Program-made: the position numbers and the translations under genes
Assembly: GCF_963921235.1 (NCBI RefSeq)
Contig: NC_086097.1
Location: forward strand, 72,976,001-73,040,000
DNA from: Mobula hypostoma
Taxonomy: Eukaryota
Direction of reading: 5' to 3'
Length of the DNA: 64,000 bases
The notes under the pieces: model-generated
Databases searched by the model: none
What the model saw: only the letters and a program-made list of their open reading frames with translations
Told to the model about the DNA's origin: nothing
In this document: positions 50,903-64,000 of the stretch, one piece after another
How the letters are laid out: every line of letters begins with the position of its first letter
Numbering within the stretch: the first letter of the stretch is position 1

Positions 50903-53676
50903 CTGTGAAGAGTAAGAATTTCAGGTTGTACACTGTATACTTTCTCTGAGATTAAATTGAAGCATTGAACCATTGATATGGCTGTGATGTGTTCACATTG
51001 AATACATCCATCAATCCCAGTTTTATTTTTTTGTGCCAATGTTTTCCTACAGCAGTTGTTCTTCTGTCTATCCCATTACTATGATGGGTTGTTTCACTTG
51101 TCATTAAAATAAAACTACATGAAATATTTGACCTAAGGTTTTCATTGTCTCACCTGAATGTCTTTAGATTCAGCCTGCATTTTGATCACGGAATTTTACT
51201 GAACTTTTGATGTACCAAATCAAGCAGTCAGGAAGAGTGTCAACACTGGAATCCTTGTCTATCACTTTGAAGAAAACGCAATAATTTGTATGTTATTATT
51301 CTAGTTGTATATCTTCTGTTTTTTCACATTCACGCCTTCACATTTCTAGTCTATATTGTACACAACTCACCCTCGTGGATTTCTAACAAGTATTAATATA
51401 TGTAGAAATCAGTTATCTGCCATTAAGCTAGCTTTCACACTTGGTCTGGCCTTATAGCATGTGCCTATATCCCCCAAACTGCTTTAAACTGACATGTCAT
51501 ATTTAATGATCTCCATTACAATGCCGCAACATTGCCCACTGGTTCCAAACTCACTCACATGGCAGTCTTTTTATTGAAACTCCCATTTCCATCACTAATA
51601 CTGAAGGCATCTTTCAATATGAATATCGTACATGCCCAATCAACCATTGAACGTTTGATAACTTAGACTGAATATTTGAATTTTAAACCAGAATTTTAAG
51701 CCTTGTCCAGAAAACACCAAAATTGCAGCATTATTGCACATTCTGCCACACGAGAAGATAACCACTGCTGATCTCAACTGGTTGTCAGAGCTCATATGAT
51801 TAAACTCATCCATCACTGGCTATAGTTACTCACACCTTGCAACCTCTGCTGCTGCTGAGCCCTTTCGTATCAAAGTTTTTGATGCACTGATTTTTTCCTC
51901 TGGCCTTGCTGCTAGGGATGCTCGTTCCCAATTATTTTTCAGCATGTGACTGGAAGTGCACCAACAACTCTTTGTGAATTACACTGAAAACTTCATCATA
52001 AAGTCTGATTCTGAATTGAAGGTCTTCAACAGAGTATCCTTTGTGCCTCATCAGCATTTATGTGGGTTGTGATTTTCAGCAAATGCTTTTGAACCTACCA
52101 ACTGCTATATCCCATTATTGTCAACTGCTCTTTGAGCCCCAGGTGAGTGTCCTGCAAGACATTGACACTTGTTGGAAAGCTAAAATTAAGTCATTACAAA
52201 TGAAGCATCATGAAGGGACCTGTTGACCTTGAATTTTTTATAAATGTTAATGTGCTTGGCAATTTCCTGTTACACCTGGCTTCATGCATTATAAACCATC
52301 TGTGACCTTTTTCATTTCAATTATTAATTTTAAAGTCCAGATTCATTGGTAAAAAGGTAATTTTTATGAAAATTATTGGACCTGAGTTTATTTCAATGTC
52401 CTCCGATATTATACAATCTGGCATTTCCCTCCCAGAACCTGCAACCCGGATCATTCAAAGGAATTTTCATGGGCTTTTAAGGATTACGTTTGCAGCTAGG
52501 AAGCAGCCAAACTTCTATTTTATTTTTCCACATCCAGCAGGATAGATTTTTTTTTGCCTGGACGCACAGCACTTGATGAAGCTGAGAGGAGCAGCCCTAA
52601 TATTCATTTTCAGGTAGGAAGAATTGTGTAAGTCAGCACTTAGGAGCTGGGAGCTGGGAGGACAAATGTGTCCTGTGAAGAGTTTTCAAGAATATTTTCT
52701 CGTAACAATGCAAGGATCAGTGTTTGTCTTCGCCACCTGGATGTTAAACTTCTCCAGAGCACTTTGCAAAATCAGAGATACCCACAACAGCTCCCAAACA
52801 GTTTTACTTCAATTAATGTAAATTGTTGATGTTAAAGCAGTAAAAAAAGAAATAAGACCATAAGACATAGGAGCAGATTTAGGCCATCTGGCCCATCGAG
52901 TCATCCCCAAATGCATGGCAAGATAAATTTGGGATGGCCTTTGGTAACTGAGTTCTTGCTACTTGAAGAGGGAATGGGAAGGAGGTCTTGTCTGTGGTTG
53001 GATGACTTTTATTCTTATCCACCGTCCAAGAAACACAAAAGAGATATATCAGGATTGAGTAAATCACCCCAAACTCAGCTTCTAGAATCCATTCTACTAA
53101 AAATTGGTAGAGAGAGAAATCCTCTATTTACATAATAACATGGTCCTTACTGTAAATGATGCCTAGGACATGACTGGAGCCAGTTACTGCTGTCCGTCCC
53201 ATAGCCCTCTCATTTGGCTTCACAAAGTCATTTGACAATTTGCTCTGTCCAGGAGGGCACTGGTGATCTGTTGGATGCAGCTCCACCATGCCAATTGGCC
53301 CATGTGTTTAATAACTCGAGCAGTCCGCTGATAGACCTGGTAACCGTAGCTTTCACTGACAAAGCAGAGCATGTTGGTGTTGTATGTAGTGAACCCACAG
53401 TGAACAATGACATGCTGAAGTGCTGGAACCACTAATTCACCTGGCAAAATCTAGAGATTACATTGGACAGGTGTGGCTCTGTTAGCTGCCTCTCACAATG
53501 CCTCTGTTTGTGATTGTTTGTGAATCTTTTCTGGTTGTTTGTGACCCACAGGAGTGAAGTAAGTCCCGTCTTAAGATAAACAGTGAGTAATAATGGGGGC
53601 TCAATATGAGGGGAAAAATCAGAATGAAGCAAAGTGGAATCTCAGAATGTGGTTGGAAACACTTGGCTCACAATTG

Positions 53677-53978
53677 GGGCACCAGAGCAGCGTAGTGGTG
53701 AGCACAAATCTATCACAATTCGTGGCATTCCAGAGTTCAGAGTTCTCTGTAAGAAGTTTGTATATCCCTCTCAAGAGTGCGTCGTTTTCCTCTACTTGCT
53801 CTGGTTTCCTCCCACGGTCCAAAGATGTACCAGCTAGTAGGTTAATTGGTCATTGTAAGTTGTCCTGTGATTAGGCCGGGGTTAAATAGGTGGGTTACTG
53901 AGCAGCGTGGCTCATTGGGCCAGAAGGGCCTATTCCGCACTGAATCTTTAAATAAAAAAAATTAAAAATAAATAAATA
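53677..53978 (+). mobile_element. HE1-like V-SINE
   Basis: GCGTAGTGG A-box-like head, GGTTTCCTCCCACGGTCCAAAGA V-domain, GGGCCAGAAGGGCCT LINE-derived tail, A-rich end. Confidence 0.85.
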
Positions 53979-55760
53979 TCTTTAATTGGCAGCAAGTGAT
54001 TGCCCATTAAATTCACTTCACCAGTCGCCTCCATCAGTTGATAAGGCCAATCCTGGTTAATTCACTTTTGCTGCTGGATAGGTACTTGACCTCTACAGGT
54101 GGAAAGATGATGTTATCAGGCTGCCATTTTGCTTTAGCGTTTTTATGCATCTGGTCTGCTTCTGATCAGAGAGTATAAACTGGGACTAGTGTTTTTAATG
54201 ATCAGTAGGAATTATTAAGTAAATTAATTTCCAGTTATTAGACTTTCACCCACACCTCTTAACAAGTAAGTGGAATTAAAATCATGGCAATTGTCTGTCC
54301 TTAAGAACTTCTTCTTGGGCTGTAGAACTTTCTTCCCTCCTGCTTTGTGGGTTCTGAGGTGCCTAATGAGGTCAGACTATTCTGTGGAGTGGGGGGTAGG
54401 ATTGGCAGGATGGAGGGAGAATAGTCTGTGAGGTGGTTTGCACCACTTAAGCAAGACATTTATGTGCATTCATGGCCTTGAGAATCTCAACCACTCCACC
54501 TTTACTTTGGTCATGGGCCAGAGATTCCAACAAGTCAGTGCTGTTGATGCATTTCATCAAGAAGGCTTTAATATCACATCTTTGAATCTTTTCCCCTGTC
54601 CACCCTTCCCATTAGCAAGCTCAGATTAGAGTTTCTCTTTCAGAAGTCTGGCATCAGGCACTGCCTATCCGCTCTGAGTGAACCTAGAGGTGTCAGCTGG
54701 AAGTAGTGTTAACTCCTGATGCCTTTACCATCAAGGTTGATAGCTGGTAGCTGGGATAACTGGGCTCTATCCAACTTCCGCTTTTCTTTCTTTAATGTTA
54801 GAAAATTGTGCTCTGCCAAAATGTGCAATGTCGATCAAACTGATTATGAACTGAAATCCTAGGAGTATTATATAAGCATACAGTTTAAAACTTGCTAACT
54901 CATCAATAGTGAAAACAATTACTGAACAAATTTGAAATAAATTATCTGAAGGAATTCTTAGAAAGGCTATATCATATTGACAAATAGGAAATTACTTAAC
55001 ATAAACCATGGAGGACAATGAAACACTAGTTCAAGTTCAAAACAGTCTCATTCCTACTGTTATATTGAACTGATACTGTATAACAAATTGATTTCCAGCT
55101 TGTAATGAGGATTACCTGTCTTGTAAGACACCTCAGTAGGAAAGTTTTTGCTGTACTCACCTGGGAATATTGTTTCCAAATATTTTAATAATAATGTTAT
55201 CAAACTGAGTCTTTTTCAATGTTTTGTCATTTTGAAAGATTTGTTGAATGTAGCATTGCGCTGCACAGAAATAGGCTCCATCAGTCCACCTCATCCAGCT
55301 GACTACGTTCATCCTACATTCCTGAAATTAGGTTGAAATCCCTCTACTCCCTTCCTATCCAAGCACCTGTGCTAAGATTGTAATTGCATCTGCCTCTACC
55401 ACCTCCTCTAGCTCAAGAAACTTATCCCGCAGATCTCCTTTAAATTTCTCCATGCTCACATTAAACATAAGCCCTCTGGTGTTACTGCATTCTGATATGG
55501 CCCAAGTGCAGAGAGAGAGGCACTGAAGCAGGTCGATAGTTCACAGACTTCAATGTGTACAGAGTTAGAGGGAGAAGAAAACAACATGTTACAGAAGTTT
55601 TTAACAACGTTACAGAATCTTCAAAAAATCTGCAAACGTCTGTCAAAAAACAACATTGTAAAACAAATGAAACTATCTAAATTTTCCTTGAAGCTCAGTA
55701 CATTTTGTTATGATGTAGTGAGCAGTTAGCACTAAAGGAATTGAATGGAAAGGACCATTC

Positions 55761-56670
55761 TTCTTATATTTTATCTAAGGAGCTCCTTTGAAGGAAACCA
55801 CAGCGTTCTGTGAAGCAAAGTGTGAGCCTATTATTCTTCTCTTTTTGAGTGTGCCTTGTTCATCTTCTATCTTGAAGCAGTTCTTCCACCGTTATTCTGG
55901 TACTCACAATACCAGGATAATGGAATTGTTATCTATCGTTGGTAATCAATTTCTATAACTTAGTCTGGAGAAAGCATGCAATAAGTAAAAACCCACAAAT
56001 ATAAAATATTTGGAAACTATTCATGCCTCTCAGGAAGGAAACCTAATTAAAAGGAGGGAAAAGCAAGCAGCTTTTTTAAAAATCACTATGATTTGCTTTA
56101 GTTCCTTTAAATGTAAGGGTCATAAATAAATAATAGAACTATCACAGTGTAACTCAACCCTATCTGGAACAGTCACCAATGCAGAAGATTTTCCATATTG
56201 TTTTAGGTTAATTATGATGAAACTTAAACTTCATAATTTATCAGTCAATGCTACTTGAAACGACATTCAGAGTGATTGTCATCTTTATATCCTTGTAAGG
56301 GGTGATGAGATTGAAGTAAAGTAATGATTGGTCAGTTTCTTGAATAAGGCTTTGGAAAGACAATGCAATGTAATCAGGAAATTTAAGAACCGTTACAATC
56401 ATTTCATGGAACAATGCATGAGCTGAATTAATTACAAGCAGCGACTGATCGCAGTCAATTCTCTTGAAGCCTTTGATTGTGTGATGGGCGGCATCCAGGT
56501 CATGGTGCTGATGCTCCTGCTACAGACTGTTTGCATGATTTATGCAATTATCCTTCAAGATAGAAACTGAGCAAGGCACACTCCAAAAAGAGATGAATAT
56601 TAAGATCACAATTTGCTTCCCGGTATGCCATGGTCTCCTTCAAAGGAGCCCCTTAGATAAAATATAAGAA
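55761..56670. repeat. Unclassified fold-back element with ~117-bp inverted arms
   Basis: 55761-55877 versus the reverse complement of 56553-56670: 16 mismatches and 1 gap by hand alignment. Confidence 0.85.
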
Positions 56671-57329
56671 ATATTCCAATTTGGGGATAGAATTCTGAGA
56701 TGAGTGAAGCATAAGGGTGGCAAAGCACTTCAACTGGATGAGTTGGAGTCACAAAAATAAAAATACAAGTTGTTACGGCACTTGTAAAATAGCGAACTAT
56801 TGCAAGTTACTTCACAGGTCTCATCAAATATGACAAATGTAACAGCCTATCAGATGATCAATTGCGCCATCAACGAAATATATTTTAAGAAACAACTTAA
56901 AAGATGAAAGAGAAATAAAGGAGCAGAAAGCTTTAGGGAAGGGATTTTGCATCTGACAATGATCAGTTCAGTGGATCAGTGAGTCAATTATGTCTTTTTC
57001 ACAGCATATGAAAATCTATAACTTCGATTACAAATATCAGAACATTAAAAGAACCAGAATCAAGAGAAAAGGGCTATTTCTGAAACTATACCAGATAGTT
57101 TAACATGGATGGAGCCGTACATTTCAAAGTGCTGTGATTGGGGGTGAGAATTCTGAAGAGGGAATATTTTCAAAGTTGAAGAGAAAAACAACAGTTCACA
57201 TTTGCAAAATGGGTTATGCTATGCAAAGTCTGTTTGGAAGGTATGTACAAATGTAGGCGCATACCTCCCATTAGCATCAGAGTAGGAAAACATTCAGAGG
57301 CAAAATTGAAGGCTCTCTAACTGAATGCA

Positions 57330-59742
57330 TATATCATTTGTAACAGTGTACATAATGTCATATAAATTGGTTTGATCCAATGGCAATTGGAGATATGGCT
57401 GCAAATGGACCAAGATTGGGAATTAAATATTCCATGGTACTTAATTTTTAGAAAAGAAAGACATAGTGGTACTGGTGCAGGAGGAAGTGATTGTGGTTCT
57501 TGAACAATTAGGATCTTTTCTGGAGCAGAGGTGACCTGCACTGGAGGGATGGGTTGCACCTGAACTGGGGGGAATAGGTGGGATGGGAGGAACTAATATC
57601 CTTGTGGAGAGTTTTGCTTTTGCTGCTTGGAGGGTTTAAACTAATCTAACAAGGTGGTTGAATTGAAAGCACTAGTATGAGTAAATTGTGTCAAATATAG
57701 AAATTAAAACAAGCAAGTTCCCTGAGCAGGACAGGGAACGTGGCAGGTCTGATGACCATTTATTTCAATACAAGGATTCTGACAGGTTAGCCAGATAAAT
57801 GCATGGATTGGTAGATGGGATTGGGATGTATTAGTTATTACAGAAACATGGTGAAGGAATGGGCAAGAACAGAGGCTTAGTGTTCCAGGCTTGATGGAGA
57901 TGGAGGTAAGAGAGAGGGTTAGTTGCATTTCTGATTTAGGAGACATCACAGCAGCACCTAGAGAAAACATTCCTGGGGGATTGCCCATTGAGGTTATGTT
58001 GGTAGAACTTAGAACTAACAAATGGATTACTTTAACAAGATTGTGCAATAGGCGCCCCCCCGCCCCCCCACACTAGGCAGCAAGAATTAGAAGAGCAAAT
58101 ATGTAAGGAAATTGCAGCTAGGTGTAAGAATAATAGGATTGTAAAGTTAGGTGATCTTATAATGATGGGGCCTTTCATAGTTCTAAGTGCTTGAATGGGT
58201 CAGAACTTAAGTGTGTCCGCCAAAGTTTTGTCATGCAAACTGCAGATGGGCCTACGAGAGAGCAGGCAAGACATGACCTTCACTTGGGAGATGAGACTGG
58301 GCGCATGACTGAAGTGTCAGTGGGGGAGCACTTTGAGACCAATGACAACAATTTCCTTAGTTTTAAAATTGTAATTGAAAATAGTAGGACCAAGTCACAA
58401 ATTAAAGTGCTAAATTTAAGGTAATAGATGGAAACATGCAAAGTTTGACTGGGAGAGTTAGACGAGGGATATTGAGATTCTGGACATGAAAACAAAGATG
58501 CACATGATAGGTATAGGCACCTGGGTTCAAGTGAAGCCTTTGGTGAGTGTAAGGGATGTATGAGTACACTTAATATGGAATTTGAGAGGGCAAAAAGAGG
58601 GCATGAGATAGCTTTGGCAGATAAGCTAAATGGAAATCTTAAGAAATTATATAAATATAATGAGAGCTGCAGGGTAACTAGAAGAGAATAGAGCAACTTC
58701 AGGATCAACATAGTTCTATGTGTGGAGCCACTGGAGATGGGCAAGGTCTTTAATAAAATCAGTCCCGATGCAGGGTTTTGACCCAAAATGCTGATATTAC
58801 TTTCCCTCACATAAATGCTGTTTGATCACTGAGTTCTTCAGCAAATTATTTGTTGCTCCATTTCCAGCATCTGAAGTCTCTTGAGTCTTTGTGTCTTAAG
58901 TGAATATTTCACATCTGTATTTACTGTGGCAAAGGTCATGAGACCTACCAGGTTCAGGAAAGAGAATGATGATGCCTCAAAACAAATCCACATTAGAAAA
59001 GACATTGAGCTGACTGTCTTAAAATGTATATAGTTGAATAAGTCACTAGATCCTGACCAGATTTTTTTGTGGACATTTTTGGAAACTGGGAAATAAATTG
59101 CTAGGACCTGGAAAAAGATATTTGTATTATTGTTAGCCACTGGTGAAGTAAAAGAAAGTGCAAAATATTGTGCTTTTATTTAAAAAGGCCTGCAAAGATA
59201 AGCTAGAGAGCTACATGCCAGTGACCCCAACATCAGTGGTGGGAAAATTACTGGAGGGGATTCTGAGGGGCAGGATCTACCTGAATTTGGAAAGGTAAGG
59301 CCTGATTAGAAATAGTCAGCATGGCTTCGTGCATGGGTTTTTTTTTTGAGTTTTTTGAAGAGGATTGAGGGCAGGGCACCACTTGTTGTCATAGACCCAC
59401 ATGATAGGCTGGTCTGGAAGGTTAGGTCACTAGGAATGAAGGTAAGCTAACCAGTTGGATGCAGAATTAATGGTGGCAGCAGGCCTAGGGTCATTAAGGC
59501 CCCAATTCATCCACTCTGACACAGTTTTCTATTTGAACAAGTCCCTTTTCCCCCCATTAGCCCAATCCTTCTAAATCTTTCCTATCCATGAACCTGTCTA
59601 AAATAGTGGTGTTTAAGAAGCTGTTATATTCAGGGAATGAAGGAATATGGATGATGTACAGGTCTAATTCAGCATCATTCTTGATGCTGATATTATGGGC
59701 CAGAGGGTTTGTTCCTGTGCTATATTGTTCTATGTTCTTTGA
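57330..59742 (+). mobile_element. Decayed CR1 LINE with a PLE terminal fragment at ~58760-58895
   Basis: ITETW endonuclease motif near 57840, GPTREQA..DL.LG, SVGEHF..ND, PVT.TSVVGK, SQHGF. Confidence 0.8.
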
Positions 59743-59825
59743 GACCTAAATGGCAAGCCTTTCACACGGAGGGTGACGGATATATGGAATAAGATGCGAA
59801 AAGAAGCGTTGGATGTAGTTACAAT

Positions 59826-60700
59826 TGCAGCATTGGTGCAGAGCCAACAACCTGTCTCTGAATGTGAACAAAACAAAAGAGATGGTTGTTGACTTCAGGA
59901 GGACATGGAAGGACCACTCTCCGCTGAACATCGATGACTCCTCCGTAGAGATCGTTAAGAGCACCAAATTTCTTGGTGTTCACCTGGCAGAGAATCTCAC
60001 CTGGTCCCTCAACACCAGCTCCATAACAAAGAAAGCCCAGCAGCATCTCTACTTTCTGTGAAGGCTGACAAAATTCAACCTCTCACCCCCCTCCATCCTC
60101 ACCACATTCTACAGAGGTTGTATTGAGAGCATCCTGAGCAGCTGCATCACGGCCTGGTTTGGAAATTGCACCATCTCGGATCACAAGACCCTGCAGCAGA
60201 TAGTGAGGTCAGCTGAGAAAATCATCGGCGGTCTCTCTTCCCACCATTACAGGCATTTACACCACACGCTGCATCTGTAAAGCAAACAGCATTATGAAGG
60301 ACCCCACACACCCCTCATATAAACTCTTCTCCTTCCTGCCATCTGGCAAAAGGCACAGAAGCATTCAGGCTGTCACGACCAGACTATGTAACAGTTTCTT
60401 CCCCCAAGCCATCAGACTCCTCAATACCCAGAGCCTGAAGTGACACCAACCTACTGCTCTCTACTGCGCCTATTGTCTTGTTTATTATTTATTGTAATGC
60501 CCGCACTGTTTTGTGCACTTTATGCAGTCCTGGGTAGGTCTGTAGTCTAGTGTAGTTTTTGTGTTATTTTACGTAGTTCAGTGTAGTTTTTGTATTGTTT
60601 CATGTAGCACCATGGTCCTGAAAAATGTTGTCTCATTTTTACTGTGTACTGTACCGGCAGTTATGGTCGAAATGACGATAAAAAGTGATTTGACTTGACT
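59826..60700 (+). mobile_element. Rex1/Babar LINE 3' part inserted in a CR1 3' end
   Basis: WCRANNLSLNVNKTKEMVVDFRR, KFLGVHL, KKAQQHLYFL; (TTGAC)n tail; CR1 tail resumes at 60701-60870. Confidence 0.92.
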
Positions 60701-60949
60701 TAAAAGACATTTAGACAGATACCGGTACATAGAAAGGAAAAGATTAGGGGGACATGGGACAAATGCAGGCATGTGGGTCCAGCTCAGGAAGGCAACTTGG
60801 TTGGCAAGGATGAGTTAGGCTGAAGCGTCTGTTTCTGTGCTGTATTACTCTATGATTCTATTCTATGATTCTCAAAATGGAAAAGGAAGGCCAGGCCCTG
60901 ATCATATAGGTCAGTATAAAAGTAGTAAAAAGAAATAATAGCAGTAAGG

Positions 60950-62040
60950 AGAGGACTCTTGATCTTAGAAGATTGAGGTTTGTATAGAAATAGAAAAGGG
61001 AAGAGTACCTTATTACAAGTTGTCTTTAGGCTCCCTAGCAGTGGTTCCAACGTAGGACATCATCAATGCAGGAAATTAGAGGTGCAAGTTACAAGGCTAA
61101 AAATGCAATAGTGGGGGTTTTAATCCAAGTATAAGCTGAGTAAACTAAATCAGGAGTAATTCTGTGAAGGATAAATTCGTGAAGAGTATAAGAGAAGTTT
61201 TCTGAGATTAGTATGTTAACGAAACAGGGGAACAAGTTCTTTTACAGCTGGTACTGTACAATGGACACACTAATTTCTGATCTGGCAATTAAGATCTAAA
61301 CAAGTCAACCTACAAAGATGTATACATTTCTTCAGGTAGTAGTGGAAACTACATTATAATGTGACACTCATGACTAATATCTGAAGAATATTGTAAACTA
61401 TGCATTGTTGTGCCCTTCAAAGTAAACATAGAAGATCACTTTAGATTATAAAGCTGATGATTTGGTGTTTTACACAATTCAGCAAAGGAGGACCAAGACA
61501 CTGATGAAGTAGGAAAAGCAGAATGTGGGACCAATCTGATAAGAAATTTCAAAGCTTGTATAGATACAGTATTCTATATAATATGGAAAAGATTAACAAA
61601 TATGAGACAGTAAAAATTATTCTGGGCAATATAGAAATGGTGTTGTTACCTAGAGATCAATAAATTACACAAATGAAGTATAGAAAATGCTAATCAGATT
61701 GGGTAGAGCCAACACTGATTATTGAAAAGAAAATTATTTATGACAAATGTGCTTGGATTTTTTTGAACTTATAACTAGCAGAGTGTTTAAGAAGGAAGTA
61801 ACTTCATACTTGGATTTCCAAAAACAGCTTTGATAACATGTCACATGAAAGGATATTAAAAAGTTTTAAGAACAAGAGTTTGGGTGGGTAATATAATGGA
61901 CAAGTACGTTCTGATGACTGGTTAACAGACAGAAAATGGAGAGTAGGTTCTTTTTGGGTTAAGAGGTCACAACCAGGGGTGTCATTGTGATAGATGCTGG
62001 GTCCAAGGTGTTCACTATCTCAGTGAGTGATTCTGAATAA
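60950..62040 (+). mobile_element. Highly decayed CR1 ORF2 fragment
   Basis: TGACAAAT...GATTTTTTTGA, YLDFQK.FD-like TACTTGGATTTCCAAAAACAGCTTTGATAA, WLTDRK. Confidence 0.6.
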
Positions 62041-62044
62041 CAGA

Positions 62045-62682
62045 TTTGAACATAGCAGAAGTAAGAGTAAGCCATTCATTAAGATCATGGCTGGTCTTTT
62101 ACTTCGTTGTCCCTTTCCTGAACTACTCCCATGTTTCCTTGATAACAAAAAAAAAATTGGTAACAGTGAAATACAACAACCAACAAGGTGTTGTATGGGG
62201 TAAAAGCGGGAGGGCCAGCATTGAGGGGACGTGAGTGGCTGAGACAATTACATCTCAATTGGAGATCCATCCACCATTTGCATGCCACATCTCCTGCAGT
62301 AGAGTCGACTAAAGCAAATTAAAAAAGATAATGGATGATGCCACAGCAGTGTTCAGGGATGGCATTGGAAAACTCAAATCCATCAAGGGTAATATAGTGT
62401 TAAATGAAAATGCCACACCCAATATTTACAAAGTCCTTCTGGATCCTTATACCAGCCATGATAAAGTAGCCAGTGAGCTAGATCACATGGAAGCTGAAGG
62501 AATTCTTTCCAACATTGTGTGGAGTCCATGCGTAATGCCAGTAATCCCAGTAGCCAAGAAGGATGGGTCTGTCAGGATCTGTGGTGATTTTAAGGTCACC
62601 ATCAACCCAGTACTGGAAGTAGATCTATACACTCTGCCCAGGATAAAGAATATCTTTGCCAACCTTTCTGGAGGGGAAACAC
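62045..62682 (+). mobile_element. Gypsy LTR retrotransposon pol fragment (protease to RT N-terminus)
   Basis: VTVKYNNQ, PALRGREWL, VF.DGIG.LK, VASELDHMEAEGI, PVIPVAKKDGSVRICGDFKVTINP.L..D.Y.LPRI. Confidence 0.9.
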
Positions 62683-62699
62683 TTTATTTCTGTATTGTT

Positions 62700-64000
62700 T
62701 CTGGAGGTTATGGAGGTACAGACATGGGAATCATCACCAGTGGCAACATCAAAGCTATGGGTAAATAGTCGCATGGCCTTGTGTATTTCTTGGGAAAGGC
62801 AAAGGCTAAGGGAGTAAACCCCAACAGAACATCCGGAGCAGAGATCTAAAGCAGATGGATGGTTTACTACGCCACCTGCTGACAACTCCTGCAGCTGCCC
62901 TGGCGCCGACTGTGTTGGTTCTTCCTTTCCGTTAGACTCTCCAAGAGGGGATCTTGACATCAGGGCAGCCCAAGACCTCCATAGCTCCTCACCCATGCCC
63001 GTGACACTCTGGAGAGGACAGTCCATCGATGTCACAAGAAATTGGCACAACACAAAAAGTGGCAGTTACTGATTATAAACTAATCTGACTGGCGTACGAA
63101 ACGAGTGCCAGGGGCCACTTTAGACAGTGGGAGGGATCATCACATCTCACTGGGACAGCTACCGCCCACCTCAGGTTGGGCAGCCCTGAGCCAGTAAGAT
63201 GCTGTCTGGCCGCTGCTCACCTTCCTCACTGGATGCTTGGGGCTCAGAGTTCACCTCGACAAGCAAGCTGTGAGTCCCCACCAGGTGGAAGCTAGAACAT
63301 CTGCACCATGTCTCCCAGACTGACTGACAACCTCCAACAGATCAACAATGCCGGCAAAGTGACAGGCATTGACAGGGAACGCACTCCACTGAACATCAAT
63401 GTTGCCTGCCTCCAGGAGACCCATTTGACAGATAACGATTCCATCAGAGAGTTCAATTACACCTTCTTTTGGCAGGACCTCCCTTATGAAGATCCAGGAG
63501 GGTATGGGGAAGGTTTTGCAGTGAAGAACTCTATCATCACTATCATGGAACCACCAACAGGCCGAACAGAACGGATCCTTGCTCTCCACTTACCATCACT
63601 TTCCGGCCCTGTAACCTCCTGAGCATCTGTGCCCCAACACTTTATTTTTCACCAGATGTCAAAGACCAGTTCTGTGAGGCTCTGGATAAGGCAATATCCA
63701 GAATCCCAAGCACTGAAGGATTATACCTGCTGGGAGACTTCAATGCTAGAGCTGGGGCTGACCACAAAGCTTGGCCTTCTTGCCTTGGTCATCATAGCAT
63801 TGGCCAGATGAATGAGGATGAGCAGAGACTGCTAGAGCTGTACTTCCATCATGGACTGTGCATTACCAACACATATTTTCATTGTGAGGAATGGCACAAG
63901 GTCTCCTGGAGACATATACGGTCCCACCATTGGCATCAGCTCAATCTTATCATCACCAGAACAGTGTCCTTGACACCTGCAGTTACCACAGAGCAGACTG
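62700..64000 (+). mobile_element. RTE-clade LINE, 5' UTR and AP-endonuclease region, continuing past the window end
   Basis: LNINVACLQETHL, YTFFWQ, GFAVKN, ERIL, LLGDFNAR, IGQMNE..QRLLEL, LCITNTYF, KVSWRH.RS.HWHQL. Confidence 0.9.

Larger units (their letters stand above)
49255..50976 (+). mobile_element. Unclassified non-coding retroelement-like repeat, split by a solo LTR
   Basis: GATGTCTGT and GAAGAGTAAG rejoin across the LTR TSD; ends ATTAAA then a CATTGAA-type short tandem tail; left boundary approximate. Confidence 0.5.

Overview
Eukaryotic, repeat-rich, non-coding vertebrate DNA. The repeat mix (CR1 and Rex1/Babar LINEs, HE1-type V-SINEs, a Deu-domain SINE, GIY-YIG Penelope-like elements) suggests a cartilaginous fish, probably a ray; this is inference from recalled repeat families, not a database result. 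I found no convincing host protein-coding exon, rRNA, tRNA gene or CRISPR array, so the window looks like a large intron or gene desert. Every ORF I could recognise is transposon debris: hAT transposase, CR1/Rex1/RTE endonuclease-RT, PLE GIY-YIG or Gypsy protease-RT. Main points: (1) the Penelope-like termini carry a minimal type I hammerhead ribozyme motif, seen in about a dozen copies, intact at 46676-46711; (2) a PLE with ~375-bp inverted termini and a 13-bp TSD; (3) a PLE with a twin-priming-like inversion plus a templated patch; (4) short palindromic elements made only of hammerhead-bearing termini; (5) an unclassified ~910-bp fold-back element with ~117-bp arms; (6) an internally deleted hAT element with a 6-bp TSD; (7) two solo LTRs and an 81-bp MITE with clean TSDs; (8) repeat-free, motif-rich blocks that may be enhancers. 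Boundaries of decayed repeats are approximate.
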